This document shows positions 53,201-64,000 of a DNA stretch of 64,000 bases, in pieces; the first letter of the stretch is position 1, and every line of letters begins with the position of its first letter. The notes under the pieces are model-generated. The model ran no database searches and was not told the origin of the DNA. It saw only the letters and a list, made by a program, of their open reading frames with translations. This stretch comes from Lingula anatina (lineage: Eukaryota > Animalia > Brachiopoda), in assembly GCA_051362555.1 (NCBI GenBank), contig CM120646.1, forward strand, positions 23,560,001-23,624,000, written 5' to 3'. Made by a program: the position numbers and the translations under genes.

Positions 53201-56200
53201 TACCCTGTATAAGTTAAGACCAACTTTCATTCTTTAGTCATGTTAAGAAGGCTGTCCCCAGCTTACCCTGTATAAGTTAAGACCAACTTTCATTCTTTAG
53301 TCATGTTAAGAAAGCAGCCCCAGCTTACCCTGTATAAGTTAAGACCAACTTTCATTCTTTAGTCATGTTAAGAAAGCAGCCCCAGCTTACCCTGTATAAG
53401 TTAAGACCAACTTTCATTCTTTAGTCATGTTAAGAAGGCTGTCCCCAGCTTACCCTGTATAAGTTAAGACCAACTTTCATTCTTTAGTCATGTTAAGAAA
53501 GCAGCCCCAGCTTACCCTGTATAAGTTAAGACCAACTTTCATTCTTTAGTCATGTTAAGAAGGCTGTCCCCAGCTTACCCTGTATAAGGTCCTCTCTGCT
53601 AGTATCCACATACATCAGACAGTATGCACTGGCGTTGTGATAGCCACCAATGCCTTCCTTCTCCAGCTCTTCCCATGATGCCTCAGTCACGGTGATGTCG
53701 TTGAATTTTAGCCAGCGTCCATTAGCGTGGTCATACACATAGGCCCAGTAGTGGCCAGAGGCAGCTTGACCCTCGTGAACTAACACCGCATGGAGTCTGT
53801 ATGGGAACTGTGAGGGAAATAAAAAGAACAGCTAGTTCTATAAACACATACAAACTAAAAATATGTATGGAAAAAACAAAGTAAATTTCCAATTTTTTTC
53901 TGAGCTGCATGAGTGTTATAGCCTTGGCATTACTTGATAATTTACTGTCTACACATATATTTATATGAAGCAGGGCATACTTGTGGACAAGAAATCATAA
54001 ATATCACATTATTTGTAGAATATGAGAGCAGCAAACCTTTTTCATCATGTCATCACTGTACATGTTCCCAACTTCCTCGTCCAGACGACTAATACCATCT
54101 TGTAATTCTGGAAGGAAACATCAACACATAGGAAAACTTTTTGTTTTATGTAGCAGTAAATAGCAGTTGTTAATGTGGTAAAACATCCTCCCAGTGCTTG
54201 TACCATGTACCCTCATTTAAGGAAATGAAACTAATTCTATTGTCTGAAAACATAGCAGCTGACAGCTATTTTCATCTTTCCTCTTAAACCAAAACACCTC
54301 ATTTGTTTTCTCTAATTTTGACAACTTAAGTCTCAAGTCCGAGTTAGCTTTATCTCTGTCCCGTACCTTTCACGTCACTTTCCACCTCGGTCCTCCATCT
54401 TGTAAGACACGACTGTAGAACGCCCAGCTCCGTACTGGACACTTCCCGCGGGGCAGGCTTTGGCACGACTAGAAGGCGTTTTGCTGGGGAGGAAAGCTTA
54501 CCATGCGGCGATGCCATGGCAACATCAGGTAATGATGATGACTTCACAAGCGAGGGGGAGGGGGGTTCTAAGTTTGAACTGAAAGAACACACCAGAGAAT
54601 TAAAACAGTTACCAGAAAATTATCAAGTGTATCTAAAATTATTGTGCTCTGTAACTGATCATTTTAAAAAACTAAGGTTCCATTTTTTTACAGCAAACAG
54701 TGATGGACTTGGTCACTAGCAAAACAAGTTAGCAACAACTTCTGATCGACAAATAGCCTGGACTTGTAGAAAAAAAAAATTCCAGGCACCTGTATACAAC
54801 AGTAACTAGAGATGACTGTTACACCAGTAACTAGAGATGATTGGTGTGTGAGTAAATACATATACTTAAATAAATAGATAGATAATACAAAATACAAATT
54901 ATTTTTACAACCTGAGAATATAAATAATAAACATACAATCAGTGTAACAAAAATAAATTCATAATTCTTCCAAAGTTGGTTGAGTCAATGTGGCCTTAAT
55001 ATATGTTAGTAAAACGATAACAATTTGCTAAGCATCACAACAGTAACCTCTGGAAGAGAGTGATATAAACCCAGCAAAGCACACCTGTTGTTGAGAGACC
55101 TGGGCGATTCCATTTCCACATCTTGTACAACATCACAGACAGGGGGCGCTGCAGGGCCCGCGGGAGATGAGCAGGCAACGTCTGGGTTGGTTTGAGCAAA
55201 CTCTAGAGCATATTGTAACACGTCTTGCAGGGGAAATCTCTTGGGTCCAGACCCATAGTTTGTGAACCTGAAAATACAATATGCTTAGTAGAGATAGAAA
55301 TTGAATATTAAACTATACAAACATTAAAGTCAAATAAAATTGCTGAAAACATTTCAAGTACAACTGATGAAGATTTGTGCTACCTTTAAAAAACTTAAAG
55401 ATCAAGTTTAAATTATAATAATATACTACAAAAGTTAATAATAATAAAATAAACTTAAAATCAAATAATTATTAAAACCTTTATGACTGACACTAGCCAC
55501 AAACCTGTCTAATCTACTGTGTAAATGCTGTAATTCTTCCCTCAGACTTTTCACTTTCTCTCTCCTCTGTCTTGTCACACTTTTATTGCACTCCATATAC
55601 CTACAATACAGGAGGACAACAATACTATGAATGTACACTATCTTCACAATGTTTTCACAGCTTTAAGCTTTATTGACATTTAATATCATGAACGGTTATT
55701 ACTGGAAAGAATTTCATGCAAAATTAATCACTCAATACAATCAAGACCTTTTGTGTTTTTGACTGAGCACAATACACACAAATCGTATCATACTTATTAA
55801 CAAGGCAGCAAAGCTGTCAAATGTACAGACAAAAAACAGAAAATAAAGATGCAAAAAAGGTCAATTTGTCAATTTTGATGCAATAATAAATAATGCTTAT
55901 AATAGCACTATCAGTCAACACTGAATTTTAATCATGCACAACAGGTAAAATGGTCAATAACATGAGCGGACCCAGAGATATTCTCTGACAGTATTCCAAA
56001 GTATCTATTTTGATCCATCCTCCATTTTGATGGTTTTCCAACAGAAGAAAAAATAGATACCAGGCAATATAAACTTAATAACCTGACTGTCTTCCAGAAG
56101 TCCCAGAAGATGGTCTCAATTTACCCTTTCAATAAGATTACAGTTTCAGGACCATGAGAGTTCAAATTCACATGATGAAAGTCTCAATATTTGAAAAATG

Positions 56201-59200
56201 ATGACAGTGCATAAAATAATATTACATAAGTAACATAATGTTTAAAGACATAAAAAACAATACAACTGCTTATGTGGAAATACAGAAATGTCAGAGTCTC
56301 AGGCGGATGAGAGTTAAAAGTCACAAATGCAAGTGTTTGAGAAAAAATTATAAAGGAAAACATAACAAAACTAGAAAAGCACTCCGAGAGTGCAGACCTC
56401 TGCCAAGGTAGCAATTGTTATTATTGATTTTTGTCCTCTTTGGCCCACTTCTGACAGTTCCTGAAAATTTCAGCAAAATCGGTCCATAACTTTTTGAGTT
56501 ATGTTGATGACAAACAGGGGTGAAAATATAACCTCCTTAGCAGAGGTAAATATAATTCCAATGAAGCTGCTATTCAAACTTTTAATCTTTCAGTTTGATA
56601 TATATATATATTAAAAACTTATTTGCAATATTAAACAAAATTTACCTGCATAATTATCACTGCTTCCTTATTATTAATCTAGCAGAGAGCTTAACCTATG
56701 GGAGTTTACAGGGAAATATCAACAAGTGTGCTTTATGTAATCTCAAATCACAAGTGTGCTTTATGTAGCCTATCAATTAGGCAAATTACTTTATAACTGA
56801 AATTAGCAAAATGATACCCAAGGGAAATTTATAGACTGACCCTCTCAAAGGTCTTTCAGACCCATAAGTCACAACTTAAGAAGAGCACAAAACAATAAGG
56901 CACAAAATAGGAGACTACCACTTCTGATGCAATAAAACATTATGTTTAACTGCACAGTCAACATCAAATTTTAATTTTGCACAACAGGTAACACCGACGA
57001 AAGTAAAAGCATAAGGCTTCAGGCCCATCAGAGTTCAAGTTTATACTTAGAAAGTGCCAGAATGAGAAAAATGAAATTTCACACAAAATTGCATTAAATT
57101 CAATAATAAATGATAACCCAATTGACCTGGCTTTCTAATTTGAACTGCATGCCAATCCTAAAAATCATACTCTTAAGTTAAATATAATAATAAATAACAC
57201 AGTTTTCTTTTCATAATGTTTGCAGTAGCAGTGCAAAAAGATTATTGTCAATTTTGATGTAACATTACATAATAAATTATAGAATAATTATCACCAATTT
57301 TTGATTATTGACTATAAATAGCATGAACATGTAGAAAATTTGATTACCATCCGGCTTCATGTCCATGGGAGCTCCGAGTCCCACAATGAATATGCCAAAA
57401 AGATAATGAATATTTCACTAAAATGTATAACTTCCAGAAAAAGAAGCCCATTAGACTGCTTTTCCAACTCGGGCTGCATTTTAGTCCTGTGTTTCTTTTT
57501 TGAAAGTTTGACAATCATAAGTAACACAGTTTTCCCATCATGGTCATCATGGCAGATGTGGATGATTGAATCTGACAAACTGCAATGATATGAGTTTATT
57601 TCCGTTTTGGACACTTGATTACACAATACATGATAACAAGTTTACCATCATTTTTACATAATCAACTAACAATGTTGTAAAGATGCAGGAAATATCAAAC
57701 AAACACTTTTATGTATCTTATTAGTTCAATAATGAGACTGTTTACATGCCTAAGAATTGAATCTGAGGAAATTTGAAAAAACAGTACAACTTCTAAAATA
57801 ATGGCCCGATAACGCTGATTTTCGAACTCAACCTGCATTTTTGTAAGATTGACGACTCCTGTGAGTATAATGACAATTGGCTAAGCTGTTTTTCTTATAT
57901 TGTGTTATTAATGTTGCATATATGTTGAAAAAAGTGAAAGAACAGCATAAAAAATTAAAAGAAAATGTAAAATAAAACATAACAAAAAATACCAATAAAG
58001 CTGCTATTCAAACTTTTAATCTAGCTGTACAATTACTAACATGATATGAATAACCCTATTGAGTTTGAGAATAATAAGGCACTGTTATTCATCTTTAGCA
58101 TTAATGTAAGCGTTACACAAAATTTTTTTTGTAAACTTATTTTCCATATTAAATAACATTTACCTGCATAATAATCATCGATTCCTAATTATGTGACACA
58201 GTTAAGAAAGCTAAACCGATGGGACTTTACAATGAAATCTCAATGTGTGTTTATGTAATCTCATTTAATGCCCACTTGAAAATTAATTAAGCAAATTATT
58301 TTATAACCCTGAAATAACTTGAAAATCAATTAAGCAAATTATTTTATAACCCTGAATTAACTGCCTACTATCCATATACATTTATTGCACCAAATAGCAC
58401 TGTACTGCATTGCTTTCAAAACAGAAAACAATTACGATGGTTTTCCAACACAAGCTGCACTTCAGTCTTTTCAGTAAGGTTGATTATCATAAGTAACATG
58501 GTTTTCCCTTAATCGCTATCCTGGCAGCAGTGTCCAAAATAGGGTTTTCTTTAACTTTCATGCAATATAACATAATACTTAACAACATAATGACCATCAA
58601 TTTTTTTATAAAAAAATAAAAGTATCATGGATATTCAGAAAATGTGATATGGAAAGGTCTCCAAGGACATGGAAGTTAGGGTCACACTTTCAAAATGCCA
58701 AAATGTTAACAAGAGATAACTGTACTGAAATGATTTTCTTTCCATTTTCAACACCTTTTTTACATAAAACCATAATCAATTAACTGTCATTTTTTAATGA
58801 TCAACTAGGAAAATTGTTGACATAGGAAAAGTACCAATAGAACAATTTATAATGTCCAATTAGCTCCATTTGGAGATTCTGAACATAGTGAATGATTGAA
58901 TCTGACGAACTGCAATGATGAGTTCCTTTCCATTTTTGATACTTTATTACACAATGCACGATAATAGGTTTACCGTCATTCTTATATAATCAACTAACAA
59001 TATTGTTAAGAAGCAGAAAATGTTAAAACAACACTTTTACATATCCAATTAGTTCCGTAATGAGACTGTTAACATGCTTAAGAATTAAATCTGAAGAAAA
59101 ACCACTTATATACAAAAAGGCTAATAACTTCATCAAAACTTAACTGATCAAGCTTATTTTCAAACTTGATCTGTATACTGGTCAGATTGATCACTCCTGT

Positions 59201-59436
59201 GAGTTGCAAGACAAAAGGCTGATTGGTTTTCCTTAAAATGCGTTATCAGTGTTGCATGTATGCTGAATAAAGGGAAAAAAACAGCATTACTTTTGTAAAA
59301 ATAGTCCAATTATGCCAATTTTCAAACTTGACCTGCGTATTATAAATATTCACCAGTTCTGTAAATTTCAATCCAAAAGGAAAAACATTTTTACACTTAT
59401 CATGTTATCGGTGTTATAAAAGTGCTGAAAAAATTG

Positions 59437-59469
<33 letters not shown>

Positions 59470-60219
59470 AGAATAACTTTTAAAAATTGCCCGATCTTGT
59501 CTTGCTGATTTTCAAACTTGACCTGCGTATTATAAATATTCATTAGTTCTGTAAGTTTCAAGCCAAATGAAAAAAGTTTTCCACTTATTGTGTTATCAGT
59601 GCTGCATATATGCTGAAAAAAATGAAAAAACAGCATAAATTCCCTAACAATAATCGAATCATGCTGATTTTCAAACTTGACATGCGTATTATGAATATTT
59701 ATCAGTTCTGCAAGTTTCAAGCCAAAAGGTAAATTGGTTTTCCACTTATCGTGTTATCGGTGCTGCATATATGCTGAAAAAAGTGAAACAAGGCAGCAAA
59801 GCTGTCAAATGTACAGACAAAGAACAGAAAATAAAGATGCAAATAAGTGAAAAATTAAATTTTCACAAAAAACTGTTAAATTGCCACAAAAATTTACCAA
59901 ACAGACTGCGTTGCCTATTGAAGCTGTATGTTAGACCCATGTTTCTTTCCTGTAAGTTTGAGAACAGTAGGTGACATGATTTCCCTTAAATGGTCATCAT
60001 AGGAGCAGTGCCCAAAATAGGGGTTTCTTCAAATTTTGATGCAACATTACATAATGTTTAACAGCATAATGACAATCAAATGTTATTAATAAAATATTAG
60101 TAACATGGACATTCAGAAAATGTGACAAGCAAAAGTCTTCAAGATCATGGAACTTTAAAGTCACACCTTGAAAATGCCAATATGTGAAAAATTAAATTTT
60201 CACAAAAAACTGTTTAACT

Positions 60220-60253
<34 letters not shown>

Positions 60254-61723
60254 CTGCATTGCCTACTGAAGCTGTATTTTAGTCCCATGTTTCTATCCTG
60301 TAAGTTTGAAAACAGTAAGTGACATGATTTTCCTTAAATGGTCATCATGGAAGCAGTGCCCAAAATGGGGGTTTCTTCAAATTTTGATGCAATATTACAT
60401 ACTGTTTAACAGCTTAATGACCATCAATTTTTAATTATAAAATATTTGTATCACAGATATTCAGAAAATGTGACTAGCAAAGGTCTTCAGGCCCATGGAA
60501 CTTCAAAGTCACGCCTTGATAATGCCAAAATGTAAAAAAGACAGCACTGTTCTGAAATGGGTTTATTTCCATTTTTAACACTTTTTTAACATAAAACAAA
60601 ATAAACATTTTACTGCCATTTTTATATGTCCAACTAAGAATATTGATGAGATGGGAAAAGTATCAATAGAACAGTGTTAAATGTCCAATTTCCTCCATTC
60701 TGAGATTCTGAACATAGTGGATGATTGAATCTGACAAACTGCAATGATATGAGTTTATTTCCATTTTTGACACTTTATTACACAATACATGATAACAAGT
60801 TTACCATGTTTTTTACATAATCAACTAAAAATGTTGTAAAGATGCAGGAAATATCAAACAAACACTTTTAGGCATCTTATTAGTTAAATAATGAGACTGT
60901 TAACATGCCTAATAATTGAATCTGAGGAAATGTGAAAAAACAGTATAACTTCTTAAGTAATGGCCCGATTATGCTTATTTTCGAACTCAACCTGCGTTTT
61001 AGTAAGATTGACCACTCCTGTGAGTATAATTACAATTGGCCAATCCGTTTTTCTTATATTGTGTTATCAGTGTTGCATTTATATTGAAAATAGTGAAAAA
61101 ACAGCATAAATTACCTAAAAGTGACCCGATCATGCTGATTTTCGAACTTGACCTGTGTATTATGAATATTCATCAGTTCTGTAAGTTTCAAGTCAAAAGG
61201 TAAAATGGTTTTCCACTTATCGTGTTATCGGTGCTGCATATATGCTGAAAAAAGTGAAAAAACAGCATAAATTCCCTAAAAGTGACCCGATCATGCTGAT
61301 TTTCGAACTTGACCTGCGTATTATGAATATTCATCAGTTCTGTAAGTTTCAAGTCAAAAGGTAAAATGGTTTTCCACTTATCGTGTTATCGGTGCTGCAT
61401 ACATGCTGAAAAAAGTGAAAAAACAGCATAAATTCCCTAAAAGTGACCCGATCATGCTGATTTTCGAACTTGACCTGCGTATTATGAATATTCATCAGTT
61501 CTGTAAGTTTCAAGTCAAAAGGTAAAATGGTTTTCCACTTATCGTGTTATCGGTGCTGCATATATGCTGAAAAAAGTGAAAAAACAGCATAAATTCCCTA
61601 AACGTGACCCGATCATGCTGATTTTCGAACTTGACCTGCGTATTATGAATATTCATCAGTTCTGCAAGTTTCAAGTCAAAAGGTAAAATGGTTTTCCACT
61701 TATCGTGTTATCGGTAAAAGTGC

Positions 61724-61754
<31 letters not shown>

Positions 61755-62829
61755 CGGCGACGGCGACGACAGACGCAGATGATGGCTATATGTACAGACA
61801 CATCTGTGTCTGTACATAAAAACAGCAAAAATTCCCTAAAAGTGACCCGATCATGCTGATTTTTGAACTTGACCTGCGTATTATGAATATTCATCAGTTC
61901 TGTAAGTTTCAAGTCAAAACGTAAAATGGTTTTCCACTTATCGTGTTATCGGTGCTGCATATATGCTGAAAAAAGTGAAAAAACAGCATAAATTACCTAA
62001 AAGTGACCCGATCATGCTGATTTTCGAACTTGACCTGCGTATTAAGAATTTTCATCAGTTCTGTAAGTTTCAAGCCAAAAGGTAAAATGGTTTTCCACTT
62101 ACTGTGTTATCGGTGCTGCATATATGCTGAAAAAGTGAAAAAACAGCATAAATTCCCTAAAAATGGCCCAATCATGCTGATTTTCGAACTTGACCTGCAT
62201 ATTATGAAAATTCATCAGTTCTGTAAGTTTCAAGTCAAAAGGTACAATGGTTTTCCACTTATCGTGTTATCGGTGCTGCATATATGTTGAAAAAAGTGAA
62301 AAAACAGCATAAATTCCCTAAGAGTGACCCGATCATGCTGATTTTCGAACTTGACCTGCGTATTATGAATATTCATCAGTTCTGCAAGTTTCAAATCAAA
62401 AGGCAAAATGGTTTTCCACTTATCGTGTTATCGGTAAAAGTGCACGGCGACGGCGACGGCGACGACAGCGACGACGGCGACGGCGACGACAGACGCAGAT
62501 GATGGCTATATGTACAGACACATCTGTGTCTGTACATAAAAAGACATCAAGAGCATTCTATTCAGCAAATCCATGCTGCCAGACTCACCTGTCCATATAG
62601 ATTGTCATAGGAAATTTTAATTTGTTGTGTATTTTTTCTGGCCTCCCCAGTGTTTGATTAAATTGAAATCTTGACAGCTCAAAGGTCAAGAAAGGAGGAA
62701 GTCTTGTAAACCATTGCTGAAAACACAACAACACAATGAAAATAGTTAGAATCAGTTTTTATAAAATGTCAGTGCAAATTTTCAAGATTTAAAGTGTACA
62801 GTAAGCAGATATACCACTTTTATGAGAAA

Positions 62830-62860
<31 letters not shown>

Positions 62861-64000
62861 AGCACCTGACTTATTTTAAGATAGTTTACCTCCTGGCCAG
62901 ATTTAGATGAGGACTCCCCAGTGACAGTCTCAATCTCTCCCTGTGCTGTGGCATTCTCAAGACTCTCATGGATGTCATGGAAACCGTTCACTTGGAGAGG
63001 AAACTGACCAAATGTCTCCTGTCTGCAGAAAGCTTTGCCTGGAAATAAACCACAGTTATGTGGATTGATACACAAATTATGTTGTTTTATATACAAATTA
63101 TGTGAATTAATATACAAATTATGTTGATAAATATCAAAACTAATGGCACCCTGACATGTGCTTGCTGAACAAGGTGAAATAAAAACAAGGTCACTTGGAA
63201 ACTTGGAATATGCAGGCTCCATTATATATATTTACTCATTAAAAAAAAAAAAAAACTTTTGTCTGTGACTATTTCAATTAAAAATTTTCACCCACCGAAG
63301 GAATATTGGAAAACCAGATAATTCATATGAAAATATCCTCTTAAATGTTACAATAATAGACCTTAAACCATGCTCACTACCTTCATGGAATCCATCTGTG
63401 GTGACCTGGCCATAGAATAAATCTATCATGGGGTTTTTGGCACTACTAAGAGATTCTTCACTACTAGTTCTGAAATAAGAAAATCATAAGATTTTAACAT
63501 CTCTAAACATCACCTCAGCATTAATACACACAATAACTCTGATAAATCAGTGATTTCTAAACCTGGAATTCTATATCAGAACTTCATCTGACTGTTCAAC
63601 TTAGTTTTTTTTTTTCATTGCAGGTGTTATATTAAAATAAACAATCCTCATATCAGGAAAAAATATTCTGGTGTATGTCTGGCAGAAAAAAAGATTTCTA
63701 GCATGTAATTGCCACGTACAAAGATTTCTAACACATATGGCATGAGCTGAGTAACAAGTTCAGTAAGAACAAACATGCATTAGCTGTCAGTCCTACCAGT
63801 CACTGCTAATAATATGTTCAAGGCCAGATAAAACAGTGAGTGAGTATGAAAGCTAACATTTTGATTTTACAGTCAGTCTTATAAAAAGTCATTAGTGTTT
63901 TCCTAACTACTGGTCCAAATTATCACTGTATTTATAAAAATTTTCAGCATGTCTGGTTAGAGGCAGTCCCATATCCTTACCCTTGTGTAGGTGATGTAGG
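47267..64000 (-). CDS. USP25: Ubiquitin carboxyl-terminal hydrolase 25/28-like (5' part beyond the window)
   Basis: In-phase exons: >64000-63981, 63469-63381, 63038-62890, 62716-62589, 55600-55505, 55267-55085 (or 55100), 54578-54367, 54107-54037, 53807-53579, 51702-51427, 51193-51051, 50601-50489, 50102-50025, 49616-49532, 49143-49064, 48603-48477, 48067-47881, 47457-47267. Motifs: [79 protein letters not shown], and the His box [35 protein letters not shown]. Probably a single USP25/USP28 co-ortholog. Confidence 0.95.
48083..48440. repeat. Degenerate ~19-21 bp minisatellite (ctacatgtggatactggtgtt) next to a USP25/28 acceptor
   Basis: Recurrent acat(g/a)tggata core, decaying toward 48440. 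Confidence 0.85.
52091..53588. repeat. 62-bp tandem array, 24 copies, each containing the USP25/28 exon-intron junction
   Basis: Unit tataagttaagaccaactttcattctttagtcatgttaagaaagcagccccagcttaccctg, with four 63-bp variants. The last copy overlaps the real donor at 53579. Confidence 0.98.
56369..56550. mobile_element. Small HINE-type element nested in the outer element
   Basis: aactagaaaagcactccgagagtgcagacctctgccaagg ... aacctccttagcagaggtaaa (subterminal repeat plus terminal hairpin). An empty-site paralog lies at ~57975-58022. Confidence 0.7.
59787..61821. mobile_element. Second copy of the same HINE-type family, nested in the 161-bp array of the outer copy
   Basis: Same start motif at 59787 and same microsatellite + hairpin end at 61724-61821. 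Its flanks rejoin to give the repeat-unit sequence gctgaaaaaagtgaa|aacagca. Confidence 0.8.
61095..62435. repeat. 161-bp tandem repeat units within the HINE-type elements (degenerate copies also at 59280-59785)
   Basis: Unit aacagcataaattccctaaaagtgacccgatcatgctgattttcgaacttgacctgcg...cggtgctgcatatatgctgaaaaaagtgaaaa, e.g. starting at 61261 and 61422. Confidence 0.95.

Larger units (their letters stand above)
55799..62542. mobile_element. Non-autonomous Helentron/HINE-type element (outer copy) with an internal 161-bp tandem array
   Basis: Starts aacaaggcagcaaagctgtcaaatgtacagac. Ends with a (GACGGC/GAC)n microsatellite, the hairpin tatgtacagacacatctgtgtctgtacata and an A-run. No TSD. Confidence 0.75.

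Noticed and set aside
52091-53588. CRISPR-like regular array (also 45635-46291 and 61095-62435)
   Set aside because: The units are contiguous with no unique spacers, there are no cas genes, and the context is eukaryotic intron or UTR.
61700-62502. Poly-Arg and Asp-Gly ORFs
   Set aside because: These are translations of the (GACGGC)n microsatellite of the HINE-type element.

Overview
AT-rich, intron-rich animal genomic DNA. The repeat types and gene content suggest an invertebrate, probably a mollusc or other lophotrochozoan (inference). It is not prokaryotic: no CRISPR array, rRNA or tRNA was seen. I reconstructed the spliced genes by hand from GT-AG sites and reading phase. They are: a complete 5-exon signal peptide-PAN/Apple-EGF-C-type lectin gene (-, 22056-30199) with exon 1 of a tandem paralog at 1266-1592; a complete 5-exon gene for an uncharacterised ~260 aa secreted protein (+, 33127-35613); a complete 14-exon trehalase (-, 36372-43438); and the 3' part of a USP25/28 deubiquitinase (-, 47267 to beyond 64000). 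The rest is decayed transposons (Tc1, pogo-PHD, ISL2EU-type, CR1/L2 LINE pieces, many MITEs, nested Helentron/HINE-type elements), local segmental duplications and tandem arrays. The most unusual structure is a 24-copy, 62-bp array built from the exon/intron junction of the USP25/28 His-box exon, giving a run of repeated 5' splice sites.
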